Below are positions 37,098 through 47,214 of a stretch of DNA of 64,000 nt, piece after piece. The DNA comes from a virus. The position numbers and the translations under genes were made by a program. Position 1 is the stretch's first letter, and each line of letters begins with the position of its first letter. The stretch is from IMG/VR virus record IMGVR_UViG_3300024518_000034, positions 96,001 to 160,000 of that record; one strand, 5' to 3'. The notes under the pieces were generated by a model. That model was not told the origin of the DNA and did no database searches. It saw only the letters and a program-made list of their open reading frames with translations.

Positions 37098-37720
37098 TAG
37101 TTACGGGACAACCGAGAACTGGTACAAGTTTTCTTACAAGTTTAGTGGCTAAGATGAGCGGGTATTCTCTGGGACCAAAGGGTGGATTGAAAAAACAAGA
37201 TAGACACAATCCTAACGGGTATTTTGAATCTGTAGATATAATGCAAATAGAGGATGCGTTGTTGCAAAAATTGGGAGGATCGTACCAAAAGATACCAGAC
37301 AAAAAGAGTAATTGGCATAAGGAGTGTGATGGAATAAAGGCAATACTAAGGGGTACGATAAATAGAGATAAGATAGAAATAATTAAGTCTCCTAGAGGAA
37401 TTATGATAGGTGACATATATTATGATATGTATCCTAAAGCTGTATGGTTCTATACAAAAAGAGAACCAGAGGTAACGTACAAGAGTAGGTGGGGCAAAAG
37501 GATTTCTTTGAAAAAATGGAAGAAAATTTGTGCAGAGAGAGAGATAGTTTGGAGAAAGTCAAAAGTAAGTAGAAGAGTTTGGAATGTAAACTATGAAAAC
37601 TTTGAAACAAATTTTAAAGGTGAGTGGTTAAGAATAATACGGGCGTTTAGGTCAGAGGGGATAAAGATAAATTGTTCATTTGAAGAATGTGAAGCGTTAT
37701 GGAAACCAAGAAGAAAATAA
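37082..37720 (+). CDS. Sulfotransferase-family protein 3
   Basis: VTGQPRTGTS; NPNGYFE; IKSPR. Confidence 0.75.
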   Translation: MALKIIVTGQPRTGTSFLTSLVAKMSGYSLGPKGGLKKQDRHNPNGYFESVDIMQIEDALLQKLGGSYQKIPDKKSNWHKECDGIKAILRGTINRDKIEIIKSPRGIMIGDIYYDMYPKAVWFYTKREPEVTYKSRWGKRISLKKWKKICAEREIVWRKSKVSRRVWNVNYENFETNFKGEWLRIIRAFRSEGIKINCSFEECEALWKPRRK

Positions 37721-38553
37721 AGATAGCATTTAAGAGGTGGTGGACTCCTTGGAATATGAATTATTTCAGAGAGAGATTTCCATTTATGACTAGTCAATAC
37801 GATTTTGTTGAATCAAAGAATCCAGACTATGTAATGTATTCAGTATTTGGGAATGAGCCATTGCCTAAGAATTGCACTAAGGTTTTCTATACGGCAGAAA
37901 ATGCAGCGCCAAATATGAGTGAATGCGACTATGCTATATCCTTTAGAAGAGATATAGGAGGCAAGCACTTTAGGTTACCAAATTATGCTGTGAGATACAA
38001 TCATTGCAAGAATCATGATTTGATAGATTTGGTAAGAAACGACAGACCGCGAAGTCATGTGAACTTTAAAGATCGCAAGTTCTGTGTTTTCCTTCATAGA
38101 AGACCATCTGAACCAAGAGATAGTTTCGTAAAAGAGCTTTCTAAATATAAAAGAGTAGACTGTCCAGGGATAGTTCACAGAAATATGAATGTGGAAATTC
38201 CTAAGGGTGGAGACGCTAAGATTAACTTCTTTAAGCAGTACAAATTTGCAATGGCATTTGAAAATAGCAGAGGAAATGGATATGTAACGGAGAAATTAAC
38301 AGATGCTATGATGGCAGGCTGTATACCTATATATTGGGGTGATCCAGACGTAAAATTAGATTTTAATACTAGGAGTTTTATCAACGTTTTGAACTATGGT
38401 AATTTTGATAGGGCAATTAAAAGGATTAAAAACATAGATAGTAACGATGAGGCATGTAAAAAAATATTAGCACAGCCCTGGGTAAATGAAGACTCGTGGA
38501 TTTTATTAAATAATCATAAAACAGAGAAATTTTTTAGGAGAATATTCGGATGA
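37699..38553 (+). CDS. GT10 alpha-1,3/4-fucosyltransferase-like protein
   Basis: FYTAEN, RKFC, YKFAMAFENS.G.GYVTEKL.DA, IPIYWG. Confidence 0.85.
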   Translation: METKKKIKIAFKRWWTPWNMNYFRERFPFMTSQYDFVESKNPDYVMYSVFGNEPLPKNCTKVFYTAENAAPNMSECDYAISFRRDIGGKHFRLPNYAVRYNHCKNHDLIDLVRNDRPRSHVNFKDRKFCVFLHRRPSEPRDSFVKELSKYKRVDCPGIVHRNMNVEIPKGGDAKINFFKQYKFAMAFENSRGNGYVTEKLTDAMMAGCIPIYWGDPDVKLDFNTRSFINVLNYGNFDRAIKRIKNIDSNDEACKKILAQPWVNEDSWILLNNHKTEKFFRRIFG

Positions 38554-39341
38554 AAGTACACCAAGATTCTTTTTTATTTATAACATTAGATAGTTGTAGA
38601 TGGGATACGTTTAGGGATGCTCACGCACCTAATATAAAAGGAATCGGTCCCCATAGGAAAACCTTTACACAGGCTACTTACACTTATCCAGCACATCAGT
38701 CGTTTTTCATGGGTTTTCTTCCAACGGATAAGTCAGGACAAAGATATTGGGACAGTAGAAGATCGAGAATATTTCACTTAGTGTCGCCCACTAGCACCAA
38801 GGAGTCTGAAGCATATGTGAAGCTAAAGGGTAGAAATATAGTCGATGGATTTAACAGAAAAGGATATAGGACGCTAGGACTAGGTGCAATGGGGTGGTTC
38901 AATAAAGAATTACCAGCGGGTAAAGTTTTGACAGACGATTTTCAAAGATTTGTATTTACTGGACCATTTGATATTAAAAGACAAATAGATGTAGCATTGA
39001 ACGATGCAGTGAAAAATGCTAATAAACCGCTTTTCACATTTATAAATGTAGGTGAGACACATCATCCATATTGGCATAAGGGTGCAACGTGGGATCAGAC
39101 AAATTACTGCATGCCATTTGGCACTTTCAATAATAGGGCTGAATGTCAGAAGAGACAGCGAGGATGTCTAGAATACGTCGATAGAAAAATCAAGCACCTG
39201 TTGCAAATTTTCAGCAATGCGTCTATAATAGTATGTGCAGATCATGGAGATGTACATGGAGAGGATGGATTATGGGGACACAGCGTAGTACACCCGACCG
39301 TAATGACGGTGCCGATGGTGATGAAGTTAAGAAAAAAATAG
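38550..39341 (+). CDS. Alkaline-phosphatase/sulfatase-superfamily enzyme with Thr at the nucleophile position
   Basis: ITLDSCRWD, TYTYPAH, ETHHPY, ADHGD...WGH. Confidence 0.75.
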   Translation: MKVHQDSFLFITLDSCRWDTFRDAHAPNIKGIGPHRKTFTQATYTYPAHQSFFMGFLPTDKSGQRYWDSRRSRIFHLVSPTSTKESEAYVKLKGRNIVDGFNRKGYRTLGLGAMGWFNKELPAGKVLTDDFQRFVFTGPFDIKRQIDVALNDAVKNANKPLFTFINVGETHHPYWHKGATWDQTNYCMPFGTFNNRAECQKRQRGCLEYVDRKIKHLLQIFSNASIIVCADHGDVHGEDGLWGHSVVHPTVMTVPMVMKLRKK

Positions 39342-39365
39342 AGATGTTATTTGGAAGCTTGAAGA

Positions 39366-40172
39366 TTGATGTGTGATCTAACGGTAGTAGTTTCAACATA
39401 CAACAGACTTAAGCACCTGAAGAAATCACTTCATTGTTACGAGAGGCAAACTCATAAAAACTTTGAGGTGGTTGTCACAGATGACGGTTCGTCGGATGGA
39501 ACAAGAGAGTATATAGAAGAAGCTATAAAATCTGAGTTTTATGACTTTGACCTTAGTTACGTTAGACAGCCAGATAGAGGATACGATCTCGCTGGGGCAA
39601 GAAATAGAGGGATCGAGTTAGCTGAAGGAAAGAGAATACTTTTTACAGACAACGACATATGGTTTTCCCCTAGATCTGTCGAATTCCACGTAAAGATAAA
39701 ACCTAACAATATTGGAGTGAGTTCTATATATTGGTTGAACAAAGAGTTTAGCAATAGATTATTAAGGGATGATCCAATACCAGAGAATTCGGAATTTGCG
39801 AAGAGAGAAAACATACAGAGTAGAGAGGTTAGAGGGAATATAAATATCCCATGTCCAGATAACTGTTATGGTGGGGCAGTATCTTATCATAGAGGTTTAC
39901 TGAGACATGCTGGAGGTTTTGACGCTGAAGGATTTTTAAACAAATACGGCTTTGAAGACATAGATTTGGCTCAGAGACTAATGAGATCTCCACTTGGCGT
40001 GCCTAGTGGAGGAAGGGCTGGATATGAAGTGGCTAACACCTCTATTGCCTTTCACATATGGCACCCATATGGTAAGTATAGGGGAGACATAGGGAATGCT
40101 TTTGGTGGAAGAAGAATTAGAGAAGGCTATTACAAAAGGGTACACAAGGGGTCGTTGAAAGGGAAAATATAA
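39366..40172 (+). CDS. GT2 glycosyltransferase
   Basis: VVVSTYNR, VVTDDGSSDG, ARNRG, FTDND, GGFD...YGFEDIDL. Confidence 0.9.
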   Translation: MMCDLTVVVSTYNRLKHLKKSLHCYERQTHKNFEVVVTDDGSSDGTREYIEEAIKSEFYDFDLSYVRQPDRGYDLAGARNRGIELAEGKRILFTDNDIWFSPRSVEFHVKIKPNNIGVSSIYWLNKEFSNRLLRDDPIPENSEFAKRENIQSREVRGNINIPCPDNCYGGAVSYHRGLLRHAGGFDAEGFLNKYGFEDIDLAQRLMRSPLGVPSGGRAGYEVANTSIAFHIWHPYGKYRGDIGNAFGGRRIREGYYKRVHKGSLKGKI

Positions 40173-40939
40173 TGGGGAAGAAAAAGAAAGATCCGTTTTG
40201 TGAAGCTGTAGATAAATTTATAGTGAAACAGACAATAAAAGAAAATAAAAGATATCTAGAGAGAAAGAAAAAAGAAGGCACGAAAGAGGGAAAGTTGGCA
40301 AACAGCTTTAGCCCTTCTTTCATTTCTAGCAAAGAATGTCTAAGGTCTTGGTATTATCATTATTTGAAAACGCCAAAAGATCCGGGAATTGATCCAAGAT
40401 TGCAAAGAATATTTGCTAACGGTCATAGTATGCACGATAGGGTCCAGGCAATGTTGCAAAAGATGGGTGTGCTGGAAGAGGAAGACATTGAAATAGGAAT
40501 AGTAGATGACGAGTGGATGATTAGTGGTAGAGTTGATGGGGTGGTAAAGAGAAAAAAGGGTGAAGAAATAAAGAGATTAGTTTTAGAAATAAAGAGCATA
40601 AATGCTTGGGGTTTTGGCGAGGTAGAAAAGAAAGGCCCAAAAGATGAACATAAGAGGCAAGCTAACATTTACATGTGGCTGTTAGATCTAGAGGAAGCAG
40701 TTATATATTATGAATGCAAAAATAGTCAGCAGCATATGTCGTGCATTATAAAATATAGTCCAAGGATGGTACAAAAGCAGATAAAAAATAAAATCATCAA
40801 AGCGTTAGAGCATGTGAAACTTGAAGAGTCGCCAGACGTATGTTACAATGGATCAATAAGAGAGTGTGAGTGGTGTGACTGGAAAGAGAGATGTCAAGAT
40901 GAAGGTGGCAAAAGAAGAAAGAACATTATAAAGGTTTAG
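40172..40939 (+). CDS. Cas4-like PD-(D/E)xK exonuclease
   Basis: CLRSWYY, GHSMH, GRVDG, LEIKS, QANIYM, C..CDWKERC. Confidence 0.8.
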   Translation: MGKKKKDPFCEAVDKFIVKQTIKENKRYLERKKKEGTKEGKLANSFSPSFISSKECLRSWYYHYLKTPKDPGIDPRLQRIFANGHSMHDRVQAMLQKMGVLEEEDIEIGIVDDEWMISGRVDGVVKRKKGEEIKRLVLEIKSINAWGFGEVEKKGPKDEHKRQANIYMWLLDLEEAVIYYECKNSQQHMSCIIKYSPRMVQKQIKNKIIKALEHVKLEESPDVCYNGSIRECEWCDWKERCQDEGGKRRKNIIKV

Positions 40940-40943
40940 GAGA

Positions 40944-43415
40944 GTGATGGTGGAATATAAAGAAAGCGAAGTAATTGAGGCGACAAAAGCATATTTTAAC
41001 GGGGATGAACTGGCTACGAGTGTGTGGGTAAATAAGTATGCCTTGAGAGATAAGGAAGGAAGGTGGCTAGAGAAGACTCCAGAAGAGATGCATATGAGGC
41101 TGGCAAAAGAGCTAGCTAGAATAGAAAAGAAATATCCTAACCCTATGGGCGAGGACACAATTTTTGGTTTATTAGATAGATATGAACACATTGTGTTACA
41201 GGGCTCACCGATGAGTGGAATAGGTAATGATCATCAAGTACAGAGTCTTTCAAATTGTTTTACAATAGCTCCACCATACGATTCTTATGGAGGAATATTA
41301 AAGACAGACCAGGAAATGGTTCAGTTGATGAAACGTCGCGGTGGTGTAGGTTTTGATATGTCAAATATTAGACCTAAAGATATGATGACAAACAATGCAG
41401 CTAGAACTACAGATGGGATAGCTTGCTTTTTGGAGAGATATTCAAATTCTACTAGAGAGGTAGCACAGAATGGTAGACGTGGAGCGTTGATGCTCACTAT
41501 ATCAATTCATCACCCAGAAATAAGAACCTTTATAAACATCAAAAGAGATCTTACAAAAGTGACAGGCGCTAACATGAGTATCAGAATAACTGATGAATTT
41601 ATGAAGGCTGCAAAGAATGATGAAGAGTTTGAATTGTATTGGCCACTGGATGGATCAGAGAAAAAGATCAGTATGGTGGTGAAGGCCAAAGAAATATGGG
41701 ACGAGATAGTATCATCAGCTAGAGATATGGCAGAACCAGGACTTATCTTCTGGGATACTGTATTAAATAATTCTCCAGCAGACTCATACGCAGACGATGG
41801 TTTTGAAACAATAAGCTGCAATCCTTGTAGTGAAATAATGTTGTCGGCTTATGACAGTTGTAGGTTGATTCTTTTAAATTTAACATCATATGTAGACAAT
41901 CCATATGCTGGAAGTTCTGAGTTCAATTATGAAGCTTTTGCTAACCATGTTCAGAAAGCCCAAAGAATGATGGATGATCTTGTTGACTTAGAAATAGAGA
42001 AGATAGATAAGATTATAAAAAAGATTGAGAATGATCCTGAGCCAAGGTATATAAAAGAAACAGAAATTGCTTTATGGACAAAAATAAAGAATTCGTGCTT
42101 AGGAGGAAGGAGAACAGGGCTGGGTATTACTGGTCTGGGAGATACTATTGCGGCTCTAGAAATGACTTACGGTTCACCTCAATCCATTGAAGTAACAGAA
42201 AAAATATATAAGGCTTTAGCATTAAATGCTTACAGGTCTTCTTGTATTTTAGCCGAAGAGAGAGGCGCTTTTTCTGTATGGAATAAGGACAAGGAAAAAG
42301 ATAATAACTTCTTAAATAGATTATTTGAGGCAGATCCAGAGCTAAAAGAAAAGATGCAAAAGTATGGAAGAAGAAATATAGCCATTCTTACTACAGCACC
42401 ATGTGGATCTACTAGTACTCAAACGCAGACTTCTTCAGGGATCGAACCAGTTTTCCTTCTTAAATATACCAGAAGAAGAAAACTAAGTGATAACGACATT
42501 GATAGTAGAGTAGACTTTGTAGATGATTTAAATGATAAATGGCAGGAATATGAAGTTTATCATCATGGTCTTGAAAAGTGGATGGAAATAACAGAGAATG
42601 AAAACGTTGAAGAATCCCCATATTGGCACGCTACGGCGAACGATGTAGAGTGGAGCGATAGGGTCCAACTTCAAGCTGGAGCGCAAAAGTGGATAGACCA
42701 TGCGATTTCGTCAACCTGTAATCTACCATCAGATATAACAGATGAAGAGGTTAGTAACATCTATTTTGCAGCCTGGGAAGAGGGCTGTAAGGGATTTACA
42801 GTATATCGTGAAGGGTGTAGGACCGGAGTAATTATCGATAAAGACAAGGAGGAAAAGAAGGAAGAATCTAGAAAAGGAAACAAGAGAAAAAAACTACCAA
42901 TGGATAGGGTGGCTATTACTCATAAATTTAGTATAGGAGGACACACGGGATTTTTGACAGTAGGATTTTATGCTGACGGTAAGATAGGAGAGGTGTTTGT
43001 TAGGATGTCCAAGGCTGGATCTACTATAAACGGACTATTAGATTCATGGGCTAAGGCTACATCCATGCTATTACAGCACGATGTAAGCTTAGATGAGATA
43101 GTGGACAATTTTGAAGGAGTAGCATTTGAACCAGCAGGGTTTACTAGTTGTAAGAATGTGCCTACAGCTAGAAGTGCAATAGATTATATAGTAAAAATAT
43201 TAAAACAGAGATTTATTATAGGTAGAGGCGTAAACATGGACTTCGATTTATTCTTTGATAAGGATTTAACGTCAAAACCGCAAAATGAGAACGAGGGTAC
43301 GATGGTGCCATATTCTATAGACTCCCCGCCATGTAGGAATTGTGGAGCAATGATGCATAAAGTTGGAGGTTGTTATATGTGCCCATCTTGTGGAGAAACA
43401 GGCAGTTGTGGGTAA
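40944..43415 (+). CDS. nrdJ: Class II (adenosylcobalamin-dependent) ribonucleotide reductase with C-terminal TSCPD-like domain and Zn ribbon
   Basis: LSNCF, RRGGVG, NPCSEI, RRTGLG, SGIEP, GCKGFTVYREG; C-terminal CRNC...CPSC. Confidence 0.9.
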   Translation: MMVEYKESEVIEATKAYFNGDELATSVWVNKYALRDKEGRWLEKTPEEMHMRLAKELARIEKKYPNPMGEDTIFGLLDRYEHIVLQGSPMSGIGNDHQVQSLSNCFTIAPPYDSYGGILKTDQEMVQLMKRRGGVGFDMSNIRPKDMMTNNAARTTDGIACFLERYSNSTREVAQNGRRGALMLTISIHHPEIRTFINIKRDLTKVTGANMSIRITDEFMKAAKNDEEFELYWPLDGSEKKISMVVKAKEIWDEIVSSARDMAEPGLIFWDTVLNNSPADSYADDGFETISCNPCSEIMLSAYDSCRLILLNLTSYVDNPYAGSSEFNYEAFANHVQKAQRMMDDLVDLEIEKIDKIIKKIENDPEPRYIKETEIALWTKIKNSCLGGRRTGLGITGLGDTIAALEMTYGSPQSIEVTEKIYKALALNAYRSSCILAEERGAFSVWNKDKEKDNNFLNRLFEADPELKEKMQKYGRRNIAILTTAPCGSTSTQTQTSSGIEPVFLLKYTRRRKLSDNDIDSRVDFVDDLNDKWQEYEVYHHGLEKWMEITENENVEESPYWHATANDVEWSDRVQLQAGAQKWIDHAISSTCNLPSDITDEEVSNIYFAAWEEGCKGFTVYREGCRTGVIIDKDKEEKKEESRKGNKRKKLPMDRVAITHKFSIGGHTGFLTVGFYADGKIGEVFVRMSKAGSTINGLLDSWAKATSMLLQHDVSLDEIVDNFEGVAFEPAGFTSCKNVPTARSAIDYIVKILKQRFIIGRGVNMDFDLFFDKDLTSKPQNENEGTMVPYSIDSPPCRNCGAMMHKVGGCYMCPSCGETGSCG

Positions 43416-43466
43416 AGATAAACTATGAGTGCTTAACCATAGTCTTAATTTAGCAAAATTTCATTG

Positions 43467-43500
43467 AAGGGATAGCAGAATATTCTGTTATCCCTTTTTT
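43467..43500 (+). terminator. Rho-independent terminator
   Basis: AAGGGATAGCAGAA/TTCTGTTATCCCTT plus T run. Confidence 0.85.
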
Positions 43501-43533
43501 ATTTGATACTATTGTACTTGTGAGGAGTTTTAT

Positions 43534-44052
43534 ATGGATTTGAAGGCTTTAGAGAAGCTTAAAGTTAAGATGATTATAAGGACAGCACAAGGACCACAAG
43601 GCGGTGCCCCTGGCGCAGGCCCAGGACCAGCAGCTAGTCCCTTTGCCGGTCCCATGCCAGGTATGGGAGGCGCTCCAGGTGGACAGCCACCAGGAGGCGT
43701 GCCGCCCAGTGGCGCTGGCGCGGGTGGAGGTGGAGTACCAATGGCACCCCCTGCTCCGCAAAACCCAGGGGCTGTTCACCCAGAATCGCCTGCGGGAGAT
43801 CAAACGACACCGAAAGGTAGAGAGGCTGAAGTGAGAGGTTCTTTAGAACAATTTAGAAATTGTATATTGGACCTAGCTCAAAAAGTATATGAAATTCCAA
43901 TCACAGAAGATCAGTTAAAGGACATAGCAGAAAGAATGATACAAACTTTTTCAGATAGAATAAACGAAATCACGGTTGACCGAGTAATTGATATTGGTCA
44001 CGACTTAATTGGTGGATATAGAAGTCCATATGAAAGAAAGCGCAGGAGATAA
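43534..44052 (+). CDS. Gly/Pro-rich hypothetical protein, first gene of head operon
   Basis: GAGGAG RBS; low-complexity linker. Confidence 0.75.
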   Translation: MDLKALEKLKVKMIIRTAQGPQGGAPGAGPGPAASPFAGPMPGMGGAPGGQPPGGVPPSGAGAGGGGVPMAPPAPQNPGAVHPESPAGDQTTPKGREAEVRGSLEQFRNCILDLAQKVYEIPITEDQLKDIAERMIQTFSDRINEITVDRVIDIGHDLIGGYRSPYERKRRR

Positions 44053-44058
44053 ATAAAT

Positions 44059-44967
44059 ATGTCTAGAGCAGAAACTAGTATTAAGAAACAGATATCAGAT
44101 ATGACATTGTTGAATCAACTTAATGACAAATATCTAGATACGACTGGCGCAGAAACAGTCGAAAGAAAAGGAACTGTAAGAAGTATGCGTCACGCTATGC
44201 GCAGAAATATCGCTGATGCTGGCAGTGGAAATCTATATGTTAATACGTTAGATGGTCAAATGCTTAAGGCTCTTGCAGGATTAACAGGGGCAGCTACAGC
44301 TTCAGATATGATCTTAGCAGTTAGAGGCGTAGTGACTGGCAGTGCAACATCGTTTGCAGATGATAGCCCAGATTCAGATATTTCATCAAGATCACTAAAA
44401 CACTTTTTGTCTGATGTAACAGTACTTAAATCAAATGGTCATTATTACATTGACGACTATGGGATGACAACATTGTTTAGACCAACAGTTGTTAAAGACC
44501 TTAAAAAGGGCTTGAGAAGAGTTGTGGGAGATAATGGTGATGGGACGTTTAGACTGTTGACGGTTACGGGTGACGCAGTAAGCGCACTTTCAGCAGTTAC
44601 AGCACCAGTTACAGCAGTTAAGATTTTAGCAGCAATCAATTCAGTGGTTATAGATTCATCAACATCAGCTACAACAAAAATTGATGAAACTACTAGGCCA
44701 TCAGTGTCAGCCAGACAGATCTTTCAGAAGGCTTTGAGAAAAGTCGGTGGAAGTAATAGAGTAGTAAGAATAGATAATGTCGGCCATGACTCTGGCGTTG
44801 CTGGACTAAGATATAGTAATAGAAAAATGCTGTACGATGCATTAGCCACAGATGGTAGTAATATTAATACGGTCAGTGGTGACGCATTGGCAGCTATTGC
44901 ATTATTAGATGAAGGCTCAGCAAGCTTTGCAGACATTGTGTCGGCAGTAGCAGCGGCAATTGTCTAA
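44059..44967 (+). CDS. Ala/Thr/Ser-rich probable virion protein with three internal repeats
   Basis: Repeated T..G..(L/V).AL....A..I..A module. Confidence 0.65.
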   Translation: MSRAETSIKKQISDMTLLNQLNDKYLDTTGAETVERKGTVRSMRHAMRRNIADAGSGNLYVNTLDGQMLKALAGLTGAATASDMILAVRGVVTGSATSFADDSPDSDISSRSLKHFLSDVTVLKSNGHYYIDDYGMTTLFRPTVVKDLKKGLRRVVGDNGDGTFRLLTVTGDAVSALSAVTAPVTAVKILAAINSVVIDSSTSATTKIDETTRPSVSARQIFQKALRKVGGSNRVVRIDNVGHDSGVAGLRYSNRKMLYDALATDGSNINTVSGDALAAIALLDEGSASFADIVSAVAAAIV

Positions 44968-45331
44968 TATGGACGTTTTCAATCAAATAGCCCAAGCACA
45001 AAATGAGGGGGAAATAAGAAGGGCTATTGATAATTGGTTTCTTTTTGGAGATCAAAGCCAAGACGCTGAATATGTTATTCCGCATATAGTAGAGCATCTA
45101 AAAAAGGTTAAAGAATATTCTTATTACTTACAAAATACGGGCGTGGAACAACATGTACTGCACCACTTAAACAACTCAATAGCTGAAGTTGAGAAAGTGA
45201 TGTCTCACATACATGAAACTTTAGAGAGAAGAAAACAAGAAGCTTATAATAGTAGTTACGATCATGGAAATTTGAGCGATGAAGAATTGAAACAGAAAGT
45301 AATAGATAAGCTTCACGGTGTGATTGGGTAA
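44960..45331 (+). CDS. Hypothetical protein
   Basis: 123-aa ORF. Confidence 0.65.
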   Translation: MSNMDVFNQIAQAQNEGEIRRAIDNWFLFGDQSQDAEYVIPHIVEHLKKVKEYSYYLQNTGVEQHVLHHLNNSIAEVEKVMSHIHETLERRKQEAYNSSYDHGNLSDEELKQKVIDKLHGVIG

Positions 45332-45333
45332 AT

Positions 45334-47202
45334 ATGGCAAAAAAAGTATTAGTAAGAAAAAATAGAACAGCGGAACCACCTCATAATGACAGAGTAATCG
45401 TTAGTATGGGGAGAGGTAGAGATAATCTAATTACTAATAATTTAGATTCAGAGTTTAGATCTGCGAGAAGAGGCGATCCACACGTTCCGCAAAGAAGATC
45501 TCCTACTGTAAACGTATCTTCGCTGCCAGGTAATATGCAGAGCGAGATGAAAAGAAGAGCCCAGGGTGGTGGTGCCCAAGGTGTATTTGGTTCCTTCTTT
45601 TCACCATTTAGAATTCGCCCATCCATTGAGTCTCCGACAAAGCGTAAGGATTTAAATGAATGGTATAGATACTATTTCAAGCATGATCCAATTGTTGGAA
45701 CGGCTATAGATCTGCACTCAACATTCCCTCTGAGTAGATTTTCAGTAGAACATGATGATCCAGAAGTAGCTGAATTTTTCAACGATATGGTAGAAGAGTT
45801 GAACTTGCAGGAATTTTTGATACAAATGAGTATTGAATATTTTGTGGTAGGTGAGGCTTTCCCGTTTGGATTTTTAGATGATGTAAAGGATCCAACAAGA
45901 TGGACTAAATTCATTCTATTGGATCCTGACAAGATTAGAATAAATCACCACGTATTTGCATCAGGAGAAGGGTCAGGATATACAATTAAGTTGCAACCTG
46001 ACGCTGACTTACTTACGATAGTAGAGCGAGGACCGAATGATCCAGCTACAGGTCCATTATTTAAAGCATTACCTGGTGATATAATTGAATACGTAAAACA
46101 AAGAAAAGATATACCTCTAGATCCACTACAGGCATCACACTTTAAAAGATCAACTAACTACTTAAATGTAAGAGGCGAAAGCATTTTGAGTAGAATTATT
46201 CAGGATCTAATGTATCTTGACAAATTAAGAGATGCACAGTGGGCTATCGCTGATAGACACATCACTCCTAAGGAATTTTATCTAATTGGAGAACCAGACA
46301 ATCCAGCAGATGATTCAGAAATTGCAGCTTTCCAAAGTATTCTTGCTACACAGTGGCAATCACCCAACCAAGCATACGTGTGGCACCACGCAGTTAAGAT
46401 TCAGTGGGAAGGTGCCTCAGGTAGAATCTTACCATTGCAGCCTGAATTCGACTTTATAGAAAGAAGAATACTTTCTGGATTGGGAATAAATAAGTCTATG
46501 CTTTCAGGTGAAGGACCATCTTATAGTAATGCAAGTGTGGCTATGGATGTTCTAATTGGTAGATATATGCTTTACAGAGAGAAGATGGAACAGTGGTTGC
46601 TTGAGTCTGTATTTAAGCCATTATGTAGAATGCATGGAATATATAAGACTTCAAAGAAAGAAGTAAGCAATAGAATTAAAATGAAGAAGAGAAGGAAATT
46701 GCCAGACCTTCCACGTATCAGTTGGGACAAGTCACAGTTGAGAGACGAGATGACAAAGATTATGCTATACGAGAGATTGGTACAACAGGGAATTATACCA
46801 AGAAAGCAGCTTTACAGTATATTGAATATGAGTCCAAAACAGATGAGAGAAGAATTCTACGATCAGAAGAAAGAGGATTTGGAAGATCAAAAGAAAGTAC
46901 AGGAAATGACGAACCAGATGTCTGGCGGGCAAGCTGGTGGAAACTTACCATCTATGGGCGGTCCAGGCGGCATGCCAGGTGGATTAGGAGGATTATTTGG
47001 AGGAGGTGGAGGACCAGCAGGCGGCATGGGCGCACCGACAGCGGGCCTTCCAGGTGGAACATTAGGTGGAGGCCCAGGAGGATTATCAATGAATAAACCA
47101 TTGCCTGGCGCACCAGGAGGATCACCAGCGGGAGGAATAACTAGTCCGATGGGCGGTGGCCCAATGAGGCCACCAGGAGCGGCTCGACCGCCAGGAACTT
47201 AA
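45334..47202 (+). CDS. Portal protein
   Basis: PIVGTAIDLH, EYFVVGEAF, HFKR...RGESIL, AQ.AIADR; size and position in head operon; Gly/Pro tail. Confidence 0.8.
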   Translation: MAKKVLVRKNRTAEPPHNDRVIVSMGRGRDNLITNNLDSEFRSARRGDPHVPQRRSPTVNVSSLPGNMQSEMKRRAQGGGAQGVFGSFFSPFRIRPSIESPTKRKDLNEWYRYYFKHDPIVGTAIDLHSTFPLSRFSVEHDDPEVAEFFNDMVEELNLQEFLIQMSIEYFVVGEAFPFGFLDDVKDPTRWTKFILLDPDKIRINHHVFASGEGSGYTIKLQPDADLLTIVERGPNDPATGPLFKALPGDIIEYVKQRKDIPLDPLQASHFKRSTNYLNVRGESILSRIIQDLMYLDKLRDAQWAIADRHITPKEFYLIGEPDNPADDSEIAAFQSILATQWQSPNQAYVWHHAVKIQWEGASGRILPLQPEFDFIERRILSGLGINKSMLSGEGPSYSNASVAMDVLIGRYMLYREKMEQWLLESVFKPLCRMHGIYKTSKKEVSNRIKMKKRRKLPDLPRISWDKSQLRDEMTKIMLYERLVQQGIIPRKQLYSILNMSPKQMREEFYDQKKEDLEDQKKVQEMTNQMSGGQAGGNLPSMGGPGGMPGGLGGLFGGGGGPAGGMGAPTAGLPGGTLGGGPGGLSMNKPLPGAPGGSPAGGITSPMGGGPMRPPGAARPPGT

Positions 47203-47214
47203 CGAGGAGATAGT

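Noticed and set aside
40944-43415. Intein or intron in nrdJ
   Set aside because: Continuous ORF of normal size with no splicing or homing-endonuclease motifs; the APCGS variant of APTG alone is not remarkable.
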